A stretch of DNA of 64,000 nt from Octopus sinensis. Taxonomy: Eukaryota. Made by a program: the position numbers and the translations under genes. The first letter of the stretch is position 1, and the number at the start of each line of letters is the position of its first letter. Below, in pieces: positions 24,692 through 37,247 of the stretch. The stretch is from positions 1,860,001-1,924,000 of the forward strand of contig NC_042998.1 in assembly GCF_006345805.1 (NCBI RefSeq), written 5' to 3'. The notes beneath the pieces are model-generated. The model was not told the DNA's origin and made no database searches. It was given only the letters and a program-made list of their open reading frames with translations.

Positions 24692-26320
24692 CAGTGGCGG
24701 CCAAAATGTTCAGAATGGCATTGTTTTCGTCAGAAAAGTAGATATAATTTTTTATCAAAGTTGTTTTATATTCTATAATTTTCACAGACAATAAATACGA
24801 TATTATTTGTTATTGCCTGAGATTTTGGTGTAATTTGAGAGGATAATACAGAAGTTATGGATGATTTAGTGATTTACTGCAAAATCCATGGCAGCCAAAA
24901 TGATCAGAACGGTTGCTTTTACTCCGTGTTTTAGTATATTTAACCGGCGAACTCTAATGTTTTGAATTTGTTTACGTGACGGTTCATTTACTAAACATTA
25001 GTAAGAATATTTGCAGTGTACTTTGTTAATATAATGCCACTTACTCCGTTACCAATTCGTCAGCAGATTATTAAGCTTCGAAGTAAGGATAATTTAAGTA
25101 TTGGATCTATTGCAAAGATTGTTAACAAGTCAAAAAGTGTTGTACACGGTATTCTTAAGGTCTATGATGATTGTGGTTCGTGTGAAGCAAGAAAGTTTAC
25201 AGGTAGGCCAAGAAAAACGACCAAGAGAGAAGATTGTGCTATGGTAAAGTTGGTTAAAAAGGACAGATTTAAGACTGCTGCTGCTGTTTCTCGGAAAATG
25301 AGCATTGTATTGAAGAAAACTTTATCTCAAAAAACTGTGTCTTGTCGTTTAGTTGAACATGACCTACAAGCAAGAGCACCTGCAGTGAAGCCACTGATCA
25401 GCTCCAAGAATAAAAAATGTCGTCTTACCTTTGCAACCGAACATGTGTTGTGGTCTCAAGAAAAATGGCAAACGGTGCATTTCAGTGATGAATCTAAGTT
25501 TATGTTATTTGGCTCAGATGGGAAAAGGTACGTTCATAGAAAAGTAGGTGAAAAACTGCCGCCTAAATGCCTTAAGACTAGTGTTAAATTCGGTGGAGGA
25601 AGTGTCATGGTTTGGGGGATGATATCTGGAGATGGTGTGGGCCCTTTGGTGCGATTACATGGAAAGGTAAATGCAGGAGTTTATAAACAAATTGTAAAAG
25701 ATCATGTCTTGCCTGTGCTGAGAAATTTAACTAAGCGACCACCCATATTCATGCAGGACAATGCCCCATGTCACAAGGCTAAGGTGGTCATGAACTTCCT
25801 TAAGGCTGAAAAGGTTATTGTTATGGATTGGCCTGCTCAAAGCCCAGATCTCAATCCTATTGAAAATGTGTGGAATATTCTAGGAGAACGTTCGAAAGCC
25901 AGAAATCCTAAAACAACCGAGCACTTATGGAATGCCCTTCAGGAAGAATGGAATAAGATCACCCAGCAAGAAATTGAAAATTTAATTTCCTCATGCAGTC
26001 GAAGATGTCAGAGTGTGATTGAAGCTAAAGGGCTTCACACTAAATATTAACTAATTCCAGTATTCTCTGTCATTTTTGATTATTTTGTTATGTTTTCAAC
26101 CGTTCTGATCATTTTGGCCACCATGGGTTTTGCAGTAAATCACTAAATCATCCATAACTTTTGTATTATCCTCTCAAATTACACCGAAATCTCAGAAAAT
26201 AACAATTAATATTGTATTTATTGTCTGTGAAAATTATAGAATATAAAACTACTTTGATAAAAATTTATACTTACTTTTCTGACGAAAACAATGCCATTCT
26301 GAACATTTTGGCCGCAACTG
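24692..26320 (+). mobile_element. Tc1/mariner DNA transposon, complete, 224-bp IR-DR terminal inverted repeats
   Basis: TIRs 24692-24915 and 26097-26320 (CAGT(G/T)GCGGCCAAAATGTTCAGAA...). TA on the right, CA (probably mutated TA) on the left. Internal direct repeats at 24696-24715 and 24890-24909. Confidence 0.97.
25034..26050 (+). CDS. Tc1-family DD34E transposase, 338 aa, uninterrupted
   Basis: ATG at 25034 (the track ORF starts at a GTG, 25016). N-terminal HTH region, GRPRK, FSDESKF, VMVWG, FMQDNAPCH, WPAQSPDLNPIENVW. 34 residues counted between the second D and the E. Confidence 0.95.
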   Translation: MPLTPLPIRQQIIKLRSKDNLSIGSIAKIVNKSKSVVHGILKVYDDCGSCEARKFTGRPRKTTKREDCAMVKLVKKDRFKTAAAVSRKMSIVLKKTLSQKTVSCRLVEHDLQARAPAVKPLISSKNKKCRLTFATEHVLWSQEKWQTVHFSDESKFMLFGSDGKRYVHRKVGEKLPPKCLKTSVKFGGGSVMVWGMISGDGVGPLVRLHGKVNAGVYKQIVKDHVLPVLRNLTKRPPIFMQDNAPCHKAKVVMNFLKAEKVIVMDWPAQSPDLNPIENVWNILGERSKARNPKTTEHLWNALQEEWNKITQQEIENLISSCSRRCQSVIEAKGLHTKY

Positions 26321-26761
26321 TATATATATATATATGTGTGTACGTATATATATATATATGTATGTATGTATGTGTGTGTATATGTTTGTGTGTCTGTGTT
26401 TGTCCCCACAACATCGCTTGATAATTGATGCTGGTGTGTTTACATCCCCGTAACTTAACTGTTCGGCAAAAGAGACCAATAGAATAAGTACTAGGCTTAC
26501 AAAGTCCTGGGGTCGATTTGCTCAACTAAAGGCGGTGCTCCAGCATGGCCACAATCGCATGACTGAAACAAGTAAAAGAGAGAGTATTTAAAGTACTTAG
26601 AATAAAGATGCTGATTTAAGAAATATCATTTTCTTCACAGTGTTTCAATCCTTTTCACCATGTTTCAACGAAGCCTTTCTTCATCAATCCATCTTTCCTG
26701 TCAACATTATAACCATTGAGGAAAGGTGGTGAGCTGGCAGAAATATCGGTCTCTTTTTTAC

Positions 26762-27014
26762 AGGGATGAAAATACACCAGCATCGGTTGTCAAGTGATGT
26801 TGGGGAGACAAACACAGACACACAAACATACATACACATATATATACATGCACATATATACGATGGGCTTTTTTCAGTTTCCGCCTACCAAATCTACTCA
26901 CAAGGCCCGAGGCTATAGTAGAAGACATTTGCCCAAGGTGCCATGCAGTGGGAATGAACCCGGAACCATGTGGTTGGTAAGCAAGCTACTTGCCACACAG
27001 CCACTTCTACGCCT
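26762..27014 (-). mobile_element. SINE family A copy (partial)
   Basis: Reverse complement of the family A head and central microsatellite. Confidence 0.8.
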
Positions 27015-27585
27015 ATAATTTGCTCACTTAATTTGATGCTTCTTTCTCGAATATCTCTTTTCCCTCTTGTGGAAGTTGATGATACTATTATTGGTAACAG
27101 AATACAAGAATATCCTTATACTAAGACTGAATTCAGAGCATTTAGTTTTGATGCTAAAGAATATGTTTAAATGTAGAAATATTGCACTTGAAAACAGCCA
27201 CAAAAAAGACTGATAAGCGAGAAGTGTAGATATAAATCAGATAAACTTGATGTTAATTGCTTATCTTCACTAAAATGTTGGTCAATTACATAAATTAAAC
27301 AGATACTTATAAAGTGGGAAGCTTCCTGTTTTTAATCATTTTGTAAATGTCTTGACCTACAAATTTTATAAGATTTCAATTGTTTTGATGTAGAAGAGTT
27401 TGTGTTTGTTTCATTTCTTAAAAGTTAATATTTAAAGGTATTATCAGTTCAAAGTTTCTATTTATCAAATTCCATCTACACGGTATTAGTCAGTTCAAAG
27501 TTACAATAGAAGACCATTTATCAAAGACGTTGCAGTGTGGGAAGAAATCTGAAACAATATAGTTATGAAGTGAACTTAACCAGAT

Positions 27586-27587
<2 letters not shown>

Positions 27588-27670
<83 letters not shown>

Positions 27671-27949
27671 CTTTTCTAACATATATTTAGGCACAGGCAT
27701 GGCTCTGCAGTTAAGGAATTCATTTCCCAGCCACGTGGTCTGGGATTTACTCCCACTGCATAGCATCTTGAGCAAGTGTGTTCCACTATAGCCCTGGAAT
27801 AACCAAAGCTTTCTGATTGGATAGAGAAACTGAAAGAAGCCCTTTCTATATGTACACACACACACATACATACATAAATGTGCACAAACATACGTACAAA
27901 AAACACATGTGTACATGTGTGACTGACTTGTGTAAGTGAGAGAGAAAGT

Positions 27950-27990
<41 letters not shown>
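27588..27990. repeat. (TC)n tract 27588-27666 and (GA)n tract ~27950-27990 flanking a degenerate family A head
   Basis: Direct inspection. Confidence 0.85.
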
Positions 27991-27993
<3 letters not shown>

Positions 27994-29333
27994 ACTGCAA
28001 ACAATGAATGAAATAAACATGAAATGTAAGGATTGTATAAACGAAAGCTCGTTAAAAACTATCTTGTACTGCATATATTTAAATTTATGAATTTACTAAA
28101 TATTTCTTTCAGTAATTTATCATAGTTATTTGCAAATAGCAAATTAAAACTTGAAAACATTCAAATAGAGAGTGAGAGGTTTTGCAAATGAAAACGAAAA
28201 ATTTCGCTGTTGCTACATCAATACCAGAAGTTGACATTGAGAAACCTTTTTAAAGAAGTAAATCATACATTGAAAGCAATATTACTTATTTTTAATAAAA
28301 AAATAAACTGAAGACCCTATTATTTATCCACGGTCAAACTATTCATGCATCCCAAGTATGGAAGCAATTCACGCAGCTGGTTTTACGTGAAAAGCAAACG
28401 CACACACACACATTTTATATAAGGAGATAACCCAGTTCTCATGGCTAAATATGTCAAATAGCTAAAGAAGAAATTCTCTATTTATCTATAGAACCCCATG
28501 CTAACATAGTCATCATAAACACTTTAAATAGTCAAGAGAGTCTTCTATATACCGTTATTTTTTACTTTAATTCATAAAGACCCTAAGTGAGGCCCTTTTT
28601 TAATTGCTCTTTGTTTCTTACAACACATCAATCCTAATGTATTACATTTAGCTTGTTCAAAACATATTTCTTGAAGAAATTTTTAAAACAGTAGGCTACA
28701 AAGATTTTGTTGTATCTTGGGAGGATCATTATGCCAATGATAAACACATGCAGTGGTTCTGTTTTACTTCTTTCATTATTATTAGTCAACTAGTTAAACA
28801 TTTAACCAGATGGATTAATCAACTGTTTGGTTAATTGCCTGGTCACTCAATCAACAGGCTAAGTTCATTTGAGTCCTTTCATGGCTATATGGTTGTGATA
28901 TACACATCACAAACTTTTTAACATTAAAATCAAGGAAAAATCAATGTGACATCTCAGAGTACACATCCAGAGGACAATGTCACACCTCCAGACAATCTTT
29001 ATACATACCTAGAGTATTTCACAAAAATCATAACAGTAGAAATCCTTCAGGAACAAACAAGCTGGAATAAAAAATTTGAACTTCACTGCAATGTTAAGAG
29101 GACCGTTAAGGGATTAGAAATATAGGTAGATCCATCTCTGGTCAGATATGTTTTATAAAGAATGCCTGATATCATCCACAGCTCTGTTGATGAGCAAATT
29201 ATATCCTTCAATGGGATACACAGTCCAATAATGTGAAGCATAAGCTCTATCTTTCAGGATTAAAAATCTCCATCAGGAATCCTCAATAATTTTGTGTCCT
29301 ATGAAGGTAGCACAGGAAAAATAAAACACAACA

Positions 29334-30197
29334 GCGTAGGAGTGGCTGTGTGGTAAGTAGCTTGCTAACCAACCACATGGTTCCGGGTTCAGTTCCACTG
29401 CGTGGCACCTTAAGCAAGTGTCTTCTACTATAGCCTCAGGCCGACCAAAGCCTAGAGAGTAGATTTGGTAGACGGAAACTGAAAGAAGCCTGTCGTATAT
29501 ATGTATATACGTATATGTGTGTGTGTGTGTGTGTGTGTATGTGCACCTGTGTTTGTCACCCCAACATCGATTGACAACCAATGCTGATGTGTTTAAGTCC
29601 CTGTAACTTAGCGGTTTGGCAAAAGAGACCGATAGAATAAGTACTGGGCTTACAAAGAATAAGTCCTGGAGTCGATTTGCTCGACTAAAGGCGGTGCTCC
29701 AGCATGACCACAGTCAAATGACTGAAACAAGTAAAAGAGTAGAAAGAGCATAAGAGAATACAAGTTTTGCTTCCCTTCAGCATTTTTCTAACTTTTTTTT
29801 TAGCATGTTTACACCATGAGGTTTCCAACATTAGCCTGTCGCTCAGTTTCCTTCAGTATTGCAGTAGCATATTGAGCAGACATCTGTTGTGAGGCAGTCT
29901 TTCTTTTTATTTACTTTGCACATTTTTGTGTTGTAAAACTAATCTAAACATTAGATTGTTTTTTAAAACCGGATCTTTATGGTTTTCATCATTGTTTATG
30001 ACTATCATTAAAAAAATTTTTTATGTATCATATAGGCGCAGGAGTGGCTGTGTGGTTAGTAGCTTGCTTACCAACCACATGGTTTCGGGTTCAGTCCCAC
30101 TACGTAGCACCTTAGGCAAGTGTCTTCTACTATAGCCTCGGGCCGTCCAAAGCCTTGTGAGTGGATTTGGTAGACGGAAACTAAAAGAAGCCCGTCG

Positions 30198-30248
<51 letters not shown>

Positions 30249-31675
30249 ATGTATGTTTGTGTGTCTGTGTTTGTCCCCCTAGCATTACTTGAGAACCGAT
30301 GCTGGTGCGTTTATGTCTCCGTCACTTAGCGGTTCAGCAAAAAGAGACTGATAGAATAAGTACTGGGCTTACAAAGAATAAGTCCCGGGGTCGCGTTGCT
30401 CGACCAAAGGCAGTGCTCCAGCATGGCCGCAGTCAACTGACTGAAACAAGTAAAAGAGTAAAGAGTAAAAGAGTATATAGACGTAATTTTTGATTCTGAA
30501 TCAGAATTTGTTATTCATTTATTCAAGAAAAATTTTGCAAAAATGTTACAGGTTTTCAGACTTTGATAATTTTCAGAATTTTCAGCCAATCAGAAAACAG
30601 CACATTCGCTGCCTCTTCCATCATCAGGGAGAGGGGGGGGCATCGGAATATCAAAACATCAAACTAGGATTTTATAAAATAAATTATCTTTCTCGTATCC
30701 CCTCCTTGTGCGCATGCACAGTATCTTTGGTTACTATGGAAACAGTTCTTCGCAATCAGCTATGCAACACATGGTGCTTCTTTGCTTTGGTTACTATGGA
30801 AGCAGAAATTTTCGCCGCGGTGATATGTAAAATACTCACTTCTGATTGGCTAAAATACCCAAATTTTGCAAATTTTAAAGGCTAATAACTTTTTAATTAT
30901 GGATTTATAGGGAAAATGAATTTCATTTTCATAATTAGTACACAAAACATAATCCATTGAAAACAATTGGAAGAAAATGGTAAACAGTGAAGAAAATCAG
31001 AAATATCCTTAAAATCTAACCAGGATAGTTTTAATATCAATATATATATACGTTGTGGAAAAGGTGCCAACAGAAAGTTAAATCTTTACTAAGCAAAAAA
31101 AGCAACTAAAACTGCTTTACATAAACAGGTGCAGCCATGACTGTATGGCAAGGAAGTACACCATGAGGTTTCAGGTTCAATCCTACAGAGTGGCACCTTA
31201 GGCAAGTGTCTTCTACAATAGCCCCGGGTATAAAAGGAATCAGATGTAGTGAGCAAGAAACAAGACTGAACCAGTATGGACATGTGATGTGTATGGGACG
31301 CAGGAGTGGCTGTGTGGGAAGTAGTTTGCTTACCAACCACATGGTTCCGGGTTCATTCCCACAGCATGGCACCTTGGGCAAGTGTCTTCTACTATAGCCT
31401 TGGGCCAACCAAAGCCTTGTGAGTGGATTTGGTAGACGGAAACTGAAAGAAGCCCGTCGTATATATGTATGTATATGTATGTGTGTGTGTGTCTGTGTTT
31501 GTCCCCCCAACATCGCTTGACAACCAATGCTGGTGTGTTTACATCCCCGTAACTTAGCAGTTCGGCAAAAGAGACCGATAGAATAAGTACTAGGTTTGCA
31601 AAGAATAAGTCCTGGGGTCGATTTGCTCAACTAAAGGCGGTGCTCCAGCATGACTGAAACAAGTAAAAGAGAGTA
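29334..31675 (+). mobile_element. Three full-length SINE family A copies (29334-29748, 30034-30474, 31296-31675) plus a head fragment at ~31120-31230
   Basis: Pol III-like head (A-box-like TGGCTGTGTGG, B-box-like GGTTCAGTCCC), GCACCTT(G/A)(G/A)GCAAGTGTCTT core, internal (TA)n(TG)n, and a 3' module ending (AAAGAGT)n. Confidence 0.88.
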
Positions 31676-31957
31676 AAGCACCCAAGTGGAAGGATGCCAC
31701 GAGGGAGAAAGACCAAAAGACATGGGAAGAAAGAATGAAAGATAATCTCCTCAGAAAGGAAATGACAAAGAATTAAAGCAGGTGTAAAGGCATTCTTCTT
31801 CTGAAGAAGACCCATCCAACATGGAAAAACTGACAGACATGGAATGATGATGATGATGATGATGATGATGGTATTGGTCACACTTCAGTGAACTTGCCGA
31901 AAGGGGATGCAGTAAAATCAAACTTGAAACCAAGTGGTTATAAATAGAATGGAAGCA

Positions 31958-32317
31958 CTCCGTCGGTTACGACAATAAGGGTTCTGGTTGATCCGAATCA
32001 ACGGAACAGCCTGCTCGTGAAATTAACGTGTAAGTGGCTGAGCACTCCACAGACACGTGTACCCTTAACGTAGTTCTCGGGGATATTCAGCGTGACACAG
32101 AGAGTGACAAGGCCGGCCCCTTGAAATACAGGTACAACAGAAACAGGAAGTAAGAGTGAGAGAAAGTTGTGGTGAAAGAGTACAGCAGGGATCACCAAAT
32201 CGTGGAGATTTTGGGTGTTTTCGTTCAATAAACACTCACAACGCCCGATCTGTGAATCGAAACCGCAATCCTATGACCGCGAGTCCGCTGCCCTAACCAC
32301 TGGGCCATTGTGCCTCC
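31958..32317 (-). mobile_element. tRNA-derived SINE family C (others at 49064-49440 + and ~49555-49763 -)
   Basis: Head GCACAATGGCCCAGTGGTTAGGGCAGCGGACTCGCGG...GTTTCGATTC and a shared body GGGTACACGTGTCTGTGGAG. Confidence 0.8.
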
Positions 32318-34165
32318 GGTTATAAAGCAGACTTATGAAATGCACAAGGCTTTGTTTTGTGTTATTTTTACATTCAAAATTGTTGAAGCCAGGAATAAAA
32401 TAGCCACGTCAGTCGTTGGTTGTCCAGATACTGCATCCTTTAGAAATTCCATGCTTCCTGAAATTGACCAAAACCCCTTCTATCTTGCCCGTACACCCTT
32501 TCCTATTTGTGGCTCTTTTAGTGCTCAGTTTCTGATTTCATTTTTATTCTTATTTCTTTACTACCCACAAAGGGGCTAAACACAGAGGGGACAAATAAGG
32601 ACAGACAAAACGGATTAGGTCGATTACATTGACTCCAGTGCGTAACTGGTACTTAATTTATCGACCCCGAAAGGATGAAAGGCAAAGTCGACCTCGGTGG
32701 AATTTGAACTCAGAAGCATTTCGCCCGGCGTGCAAACGTTCCTGCCCGCTCGCCGCCTTCCTTTCATTTTTATTCTCTGCGTCCCAAGCATTCTCGCTTT
32801 CATTGCCTTCATTCTTCACTTGACTTACTGCGGCGTTCTGTTACTTCTTTTACTCGTTTCTGAGCACTGGAAATCATAAATTCGTTGTTATTTGTATAAA
32901 TATTAAGGCGGCGAGCGGACATTATGGTCAGCGCGTCGGGCAAATTGCTTGGCAGTATTTCGTCCATCTTCACATTCTGAGTTCAAATTCCGTCGAGGTT
33001 GACTTTACCTTTCATCCTTTCGGGGTCGATAAATTAAATACCAATGAAACACTGGAGTTGATATAATCGACTAGTCCCTTCTCCAAAAAAGTTTGGGATT
33101 ATTTGTATAAATATGGCACCTGCAGCTCCTAAGAGACTCTACTGATTACATTGTTTAATAGAGTTCACAAAATAGCAAGCAGACCTCTGTTTAAAGATTG
33201 CCAAGGAGTTTTGGTTTATTAATTACTTCCTTCACGCCCGATCTTGCAGGTTCTGTTGTAATGGATAATAATCGCTGCTGGGAACCTCTTATTTCTTACG
33301 AATCCGTACAAAAAAGCCACAAGAAAGAAAGAAAATAATAATAAAACGAACGCCTTCATAATTTGTGTTACTTGAGAGAACGGGACAGAGTTTCTTTGTG
33401 GCGTTGGCTGGAATATTCTTCGTCTTAGTCATCAACATTAAAAGCAAAAATGAATATACAAGTAACGCCACGATACTATGTCAGGTGTTAACAATCTGTA
33501 AACACGTCATGAAATGTCAATAACCGACTCGAAAGCTTTCCTTTTATTCTCTCAATTTACTAAAGAAACTGAGAAGTTTTGTTTTTTCACAAATAAATTG
33601 TGTATAAGTCACGTCACTTAATAAGTGATTCAAAATATTTGGTTACTTGAATTGCTTGTAGTATTTAAATAAAATGTGGCTTTTTTTTTTTCAGTGACTT
33701 TTTTTCCAGACACCTTTCAACATTTACATAAACGTAGGTTGACTCAAATATTGTTGTAATAAATAACTTGGTTTCTACGAAATACTGAAACCTAAAAACA
33801 TGTTGGCCAACAACGATCAACGTTTGAATGGAAAAAGACAAAATTAATTGATATTTTACAGTTACCTATTTGTAAAAATGTAAATTAAATTCAAAACATG
33901 AAGTTACCTGTAAACCCTTTCTGAGCAAACTTTCGGAATAGCCGTTTCCCTTAAGTTGGATTTTTTCCATTTTGGCTGCGATTTTCCGAATCACTTCAAA
34001 AAGATGTGCTGGCAAACCTTTTCCAAGAAATAAGAAATGCTTCAACTCCAGGATTTTCTTTAATATCAAATTCTTCCCCCTTTTCATTCCTTCACAAAAA
34101 CCATCACAGTAATTTTTTCTTTTTTCTTTTTTGCATGTTATAGTTTTCCATTTTCTGAAATACTT

Positions 34166-34567
34166 GGATCTTTTCGGTTTGAACGGCAGTTTTTTCTAGC
34201 GGTCATATGAAATTGTCACCCATAATTATGACCCTAGTATCGATCCATTGCATTTCCATCTGTTTTAGGGTTAGGGGTGGGGGAAGGGTATCTTTTTTTC
34301 TTCACAAATGTAAATAAACCCAATCTGTTTCTTAAACGAGGGACATATTCATACGGCATAGAATGTTGTTTACCTCAATAGACGTCATTGATTGGTTGAA
34401 ATTGCAGAAATTGAAGAAATAAAACAATAAAATATCTTACAACCTATAGAATTTGCTCAATAAAGCCAAGAGAAAAAGATGTTTTATAAAAACATTCTAC
34501 CAGTATACGAAGTGTTTAGTTATGTGGAAATTATTTTAAAAAACTGCCGTTCAAACCGAAAAGTTCC
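34166..34567. mobile_element. Non-autonomous element with ~29-bp terminal inverted repeats
   Basis: GGA(T/A)CTTTTCGGTTTGAACGGCAGTTTTT at both ends in inverted orientation. Internal TTAGGGTTAGGGG. No TSD seen. Confidence 0.75.
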
Positions 34568-34681
34568 CAAACATGTAATCCACATTTGCAAAACAACAAA
34601 AAAATTAATTGATATAATTTAAAGGTGTCCCCTCACACACACACACATCTTATCAATGCTTTGGAAGAGCAACCATCACTA

Positions 34682-34729
<48 letters not shown>

Positions 34730-36930
34730 TGTGTACAGTGCTCAGGTGCACTACAACTCATCTAAAGTGTATATATAATCAGGTGTAGTTTCGGCGGATT
34801 TCGGAAAGCATGAGGGCCTTAAAGGATGCAGTGTCATGGCAGTCAACAACTGATGCAGGCAGTTTATTCCATGCTTCAGCAACCCTGAGTGTGAAGAAAT
34901 GTTTCCGAAAGTCATGGGAGCTGTGTTGTTTTCTGACTTTGTAGGCATGTCCACGTGTGTTAGACACATGGAGATCAAAAAGGTGTTCAGTGTTGTTGTT
35001 GGTGAGGTGGTTGATAACCTTGTGGGTGTTTACCAAGTCCGTCGCCAGACGCCGGAGCTTCAGTGAATCCATGCCCAGGGAAACAAGGCGCTCAGAATAT
35101 GGTAGGTGTCTGATGGAGGGTATGCGTTTGGTTGCACGTCTCTGGACAGATTCCAGGAGGTCAATGTTCTGAGCAAGATAGGGGTTCCAAACTGATGATG
35201 CGAATTCCAAGTGTGGTCGTACCATAGCTGTATACAGTTTTAAATAGATGGCTGGAGAGCGGCTAACAAAAGTCTTGCTGAGTGATGCCAAGACACCCTC
35301 GGCCTTCTTGACAATTTTAGAGATATGCTTTGTCCAACGCAAATCACTGCTGACAGTGATGCCTAGGTCACGCTCGCAAGAGGATTTCTTGATATCAGTG
35401 TTGTGGAGGGAGTATGTGGACGCAGGGTTTTTTCTCCCAAAATGCATGGTGGTACACTTGTCCACAGCCAGTTTCAGTTGCCAGTCTGTGATCCATTGCT
35501 GCATTGTGTCTAGGTCTGATTGCAGGAAAGAGTTGTAGACATCAGGATCAGTCCTCTTAATTTCAAGGTACAGTTTGATGTCGTCTGCATATTTCAATAC
35601 TGTGGCATTCTTTAAATTGGCATCTATGTCATTAATGTATGCCACAAACAGGAGGGGACCAAGGACAGATCCCTGTGGTACACCCGATGACATCTCATAT
35701 GGTGTAGAGTGCTGTCCTAGAACTGTGACTACCTCCTTTCGGCTGAGGATGAAGGATTTCAACCAGTTAAAAAGGTCATCCCCCACACCCATTGCAGAGA
35801 GTTTCACCATAAGCCTTTTGTGTGGCACAGAGTTGAAAGCCTTAGCAAAGTCAAGGTAAACAACATCCACCCATGAGCCACTGTCAGTGATCTGAGTAAT
35901 GTCCTCAAGGAACTCGACAAGCTGGTCACTGCAGCTGGAGTTAGGGACAAATCCATATTGTGAGGGTCGGATGAGACTGTGAGAGCTCCAGAAGTTCCAG
36001 AGTGTTTCTCTGACACACGATTCCATCAGTTTTGCAATACAGCTAGTGAGACTGACTGGGCGATAGTTGACAGGTGATGTGTGGTCACCCTTTTTGAACA
36101 GAGGAATGACACTGGCAGTTTCCACTGCTCCGGAGTAGCACCATTGTTGAGACAGTACTGGAAGAAAATAGAAAGCTGGTGTAAAAGGAAGTGCCTGCCA
36201 CGTTTGAGAAGCAGGTATGTAACTCCATCGAGACCAGGGGAGGCATAGTTGCGCTTATTTTGAAGGTGACGTCGCAGCATTGCAGGTGTAAATTCCATAG
36301 TTGTTATGGAGTTTGCTGTTAGTGATGGTGAAGATGGTACATTTTGACTTTCGACAGTGAATATGTTTGCATAGCACTCGACAATGAGTTCTGCGCATTC
36401 CTTGGGGTCGTCAGTGATCTGGTTCGTGTGAGGGTTGCGAAGAGGGCCCACTGGAGAGTGAGGTCTCTGCTTTGAATGCACATATTTCCAGAAAACCTTG
36501 CTGTCAGGATTGGCTGCTATGCACTGTTCAAATTCAAGCACTGCATTTTTTGTCACTTGCTTGAGTTGGTTGGAGGATTTATTCCGCTTCTTCCTGTTGG
36601 TGTCTGATTTATGCAACTTGTATTCCTGTTCAGCAGTCCGACGTTCCTTCCTGGCAAGTCGGACCGCTGAAGTTTCCCAAATTGCCCTTTTGGGGCGGTT
36701 CTTCTTTTTTTGTTTACGTGGCACTGATGCTGCACATGCTGCCCATATTGAGTCCAGGATACTCTGGAGTATAGTATTCACATCTCCAGAGTTGTAGAAA
36801 TCACGCCAGTTTGGGTGCTGTAGTTCAGTGTGGTACAGGTTCCAATCTGCTCTCTTCCAATCGAAGGAAGCAGATTGGAGATGGTTCAGGTGTTTGTTGC
36901 CCGCAAGAGCCAGATTGGCGATGATCAAAT
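34682..36930 (-). mobile_element. CR1-type LINE, 5'-truncated, with (ATT)n tail
   Basis: ORFs 36026-36928 and 34779-36125: NYRPVSLTSC, QYGF, YLDFAKAFNSVPH, GVPQGSVLGPLLFVAYIND, KYADD, RPHLEFASSVWNP. Tail at 34682-34728. Confidence 0.95.
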
Positions 36931-37108
36931 GGGATCTTGTTAAATATCTTCTAAATAATGTAGTTTTATAAGCTGAAAATTCTAATTTCTTTATTATTAA
37001 TTTCTAGAAATAAAAATGAATGCGATTTTTGTCCTTAGCATACAGAACTTCATTTTTTGAAAATAATCGGGTGAGAATTTGAAATATTTCGACTTTTGAC
37101 CCACCCTG

Positions 37109-37187
<79 letters not shown>

Positions 37188-37200
37188 GATAGATATATAA

Positions 37201-37243
<43 letters not shown>

Positions 37244-37247
<4 letters not shown>

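Larger units (their letters stand above)
24504..26583 (+). mobile_element. SINE family A copy split by the Tc1 insertion (halves 24504-24691 and 26321-26583)
   Basis: The left half is the tRNA-like head through GAAAGAAGCCTGTCGTA(TA)n. The right half resumes (TA)n(TG)n...CTGAAACAAGTAAAAGAG. Joined, they match the intact copies at 29334 and 30034. Confidence 0.88.

Noticed and set aside
33908-34030. Minus-strand open stretch (MEKIQLKGNGYSESLLRKGLQ) ending at a CAG|GTAACT donor
   Set aside because: No recognisable homology and no partner exon found. RNA-seq would be needed.
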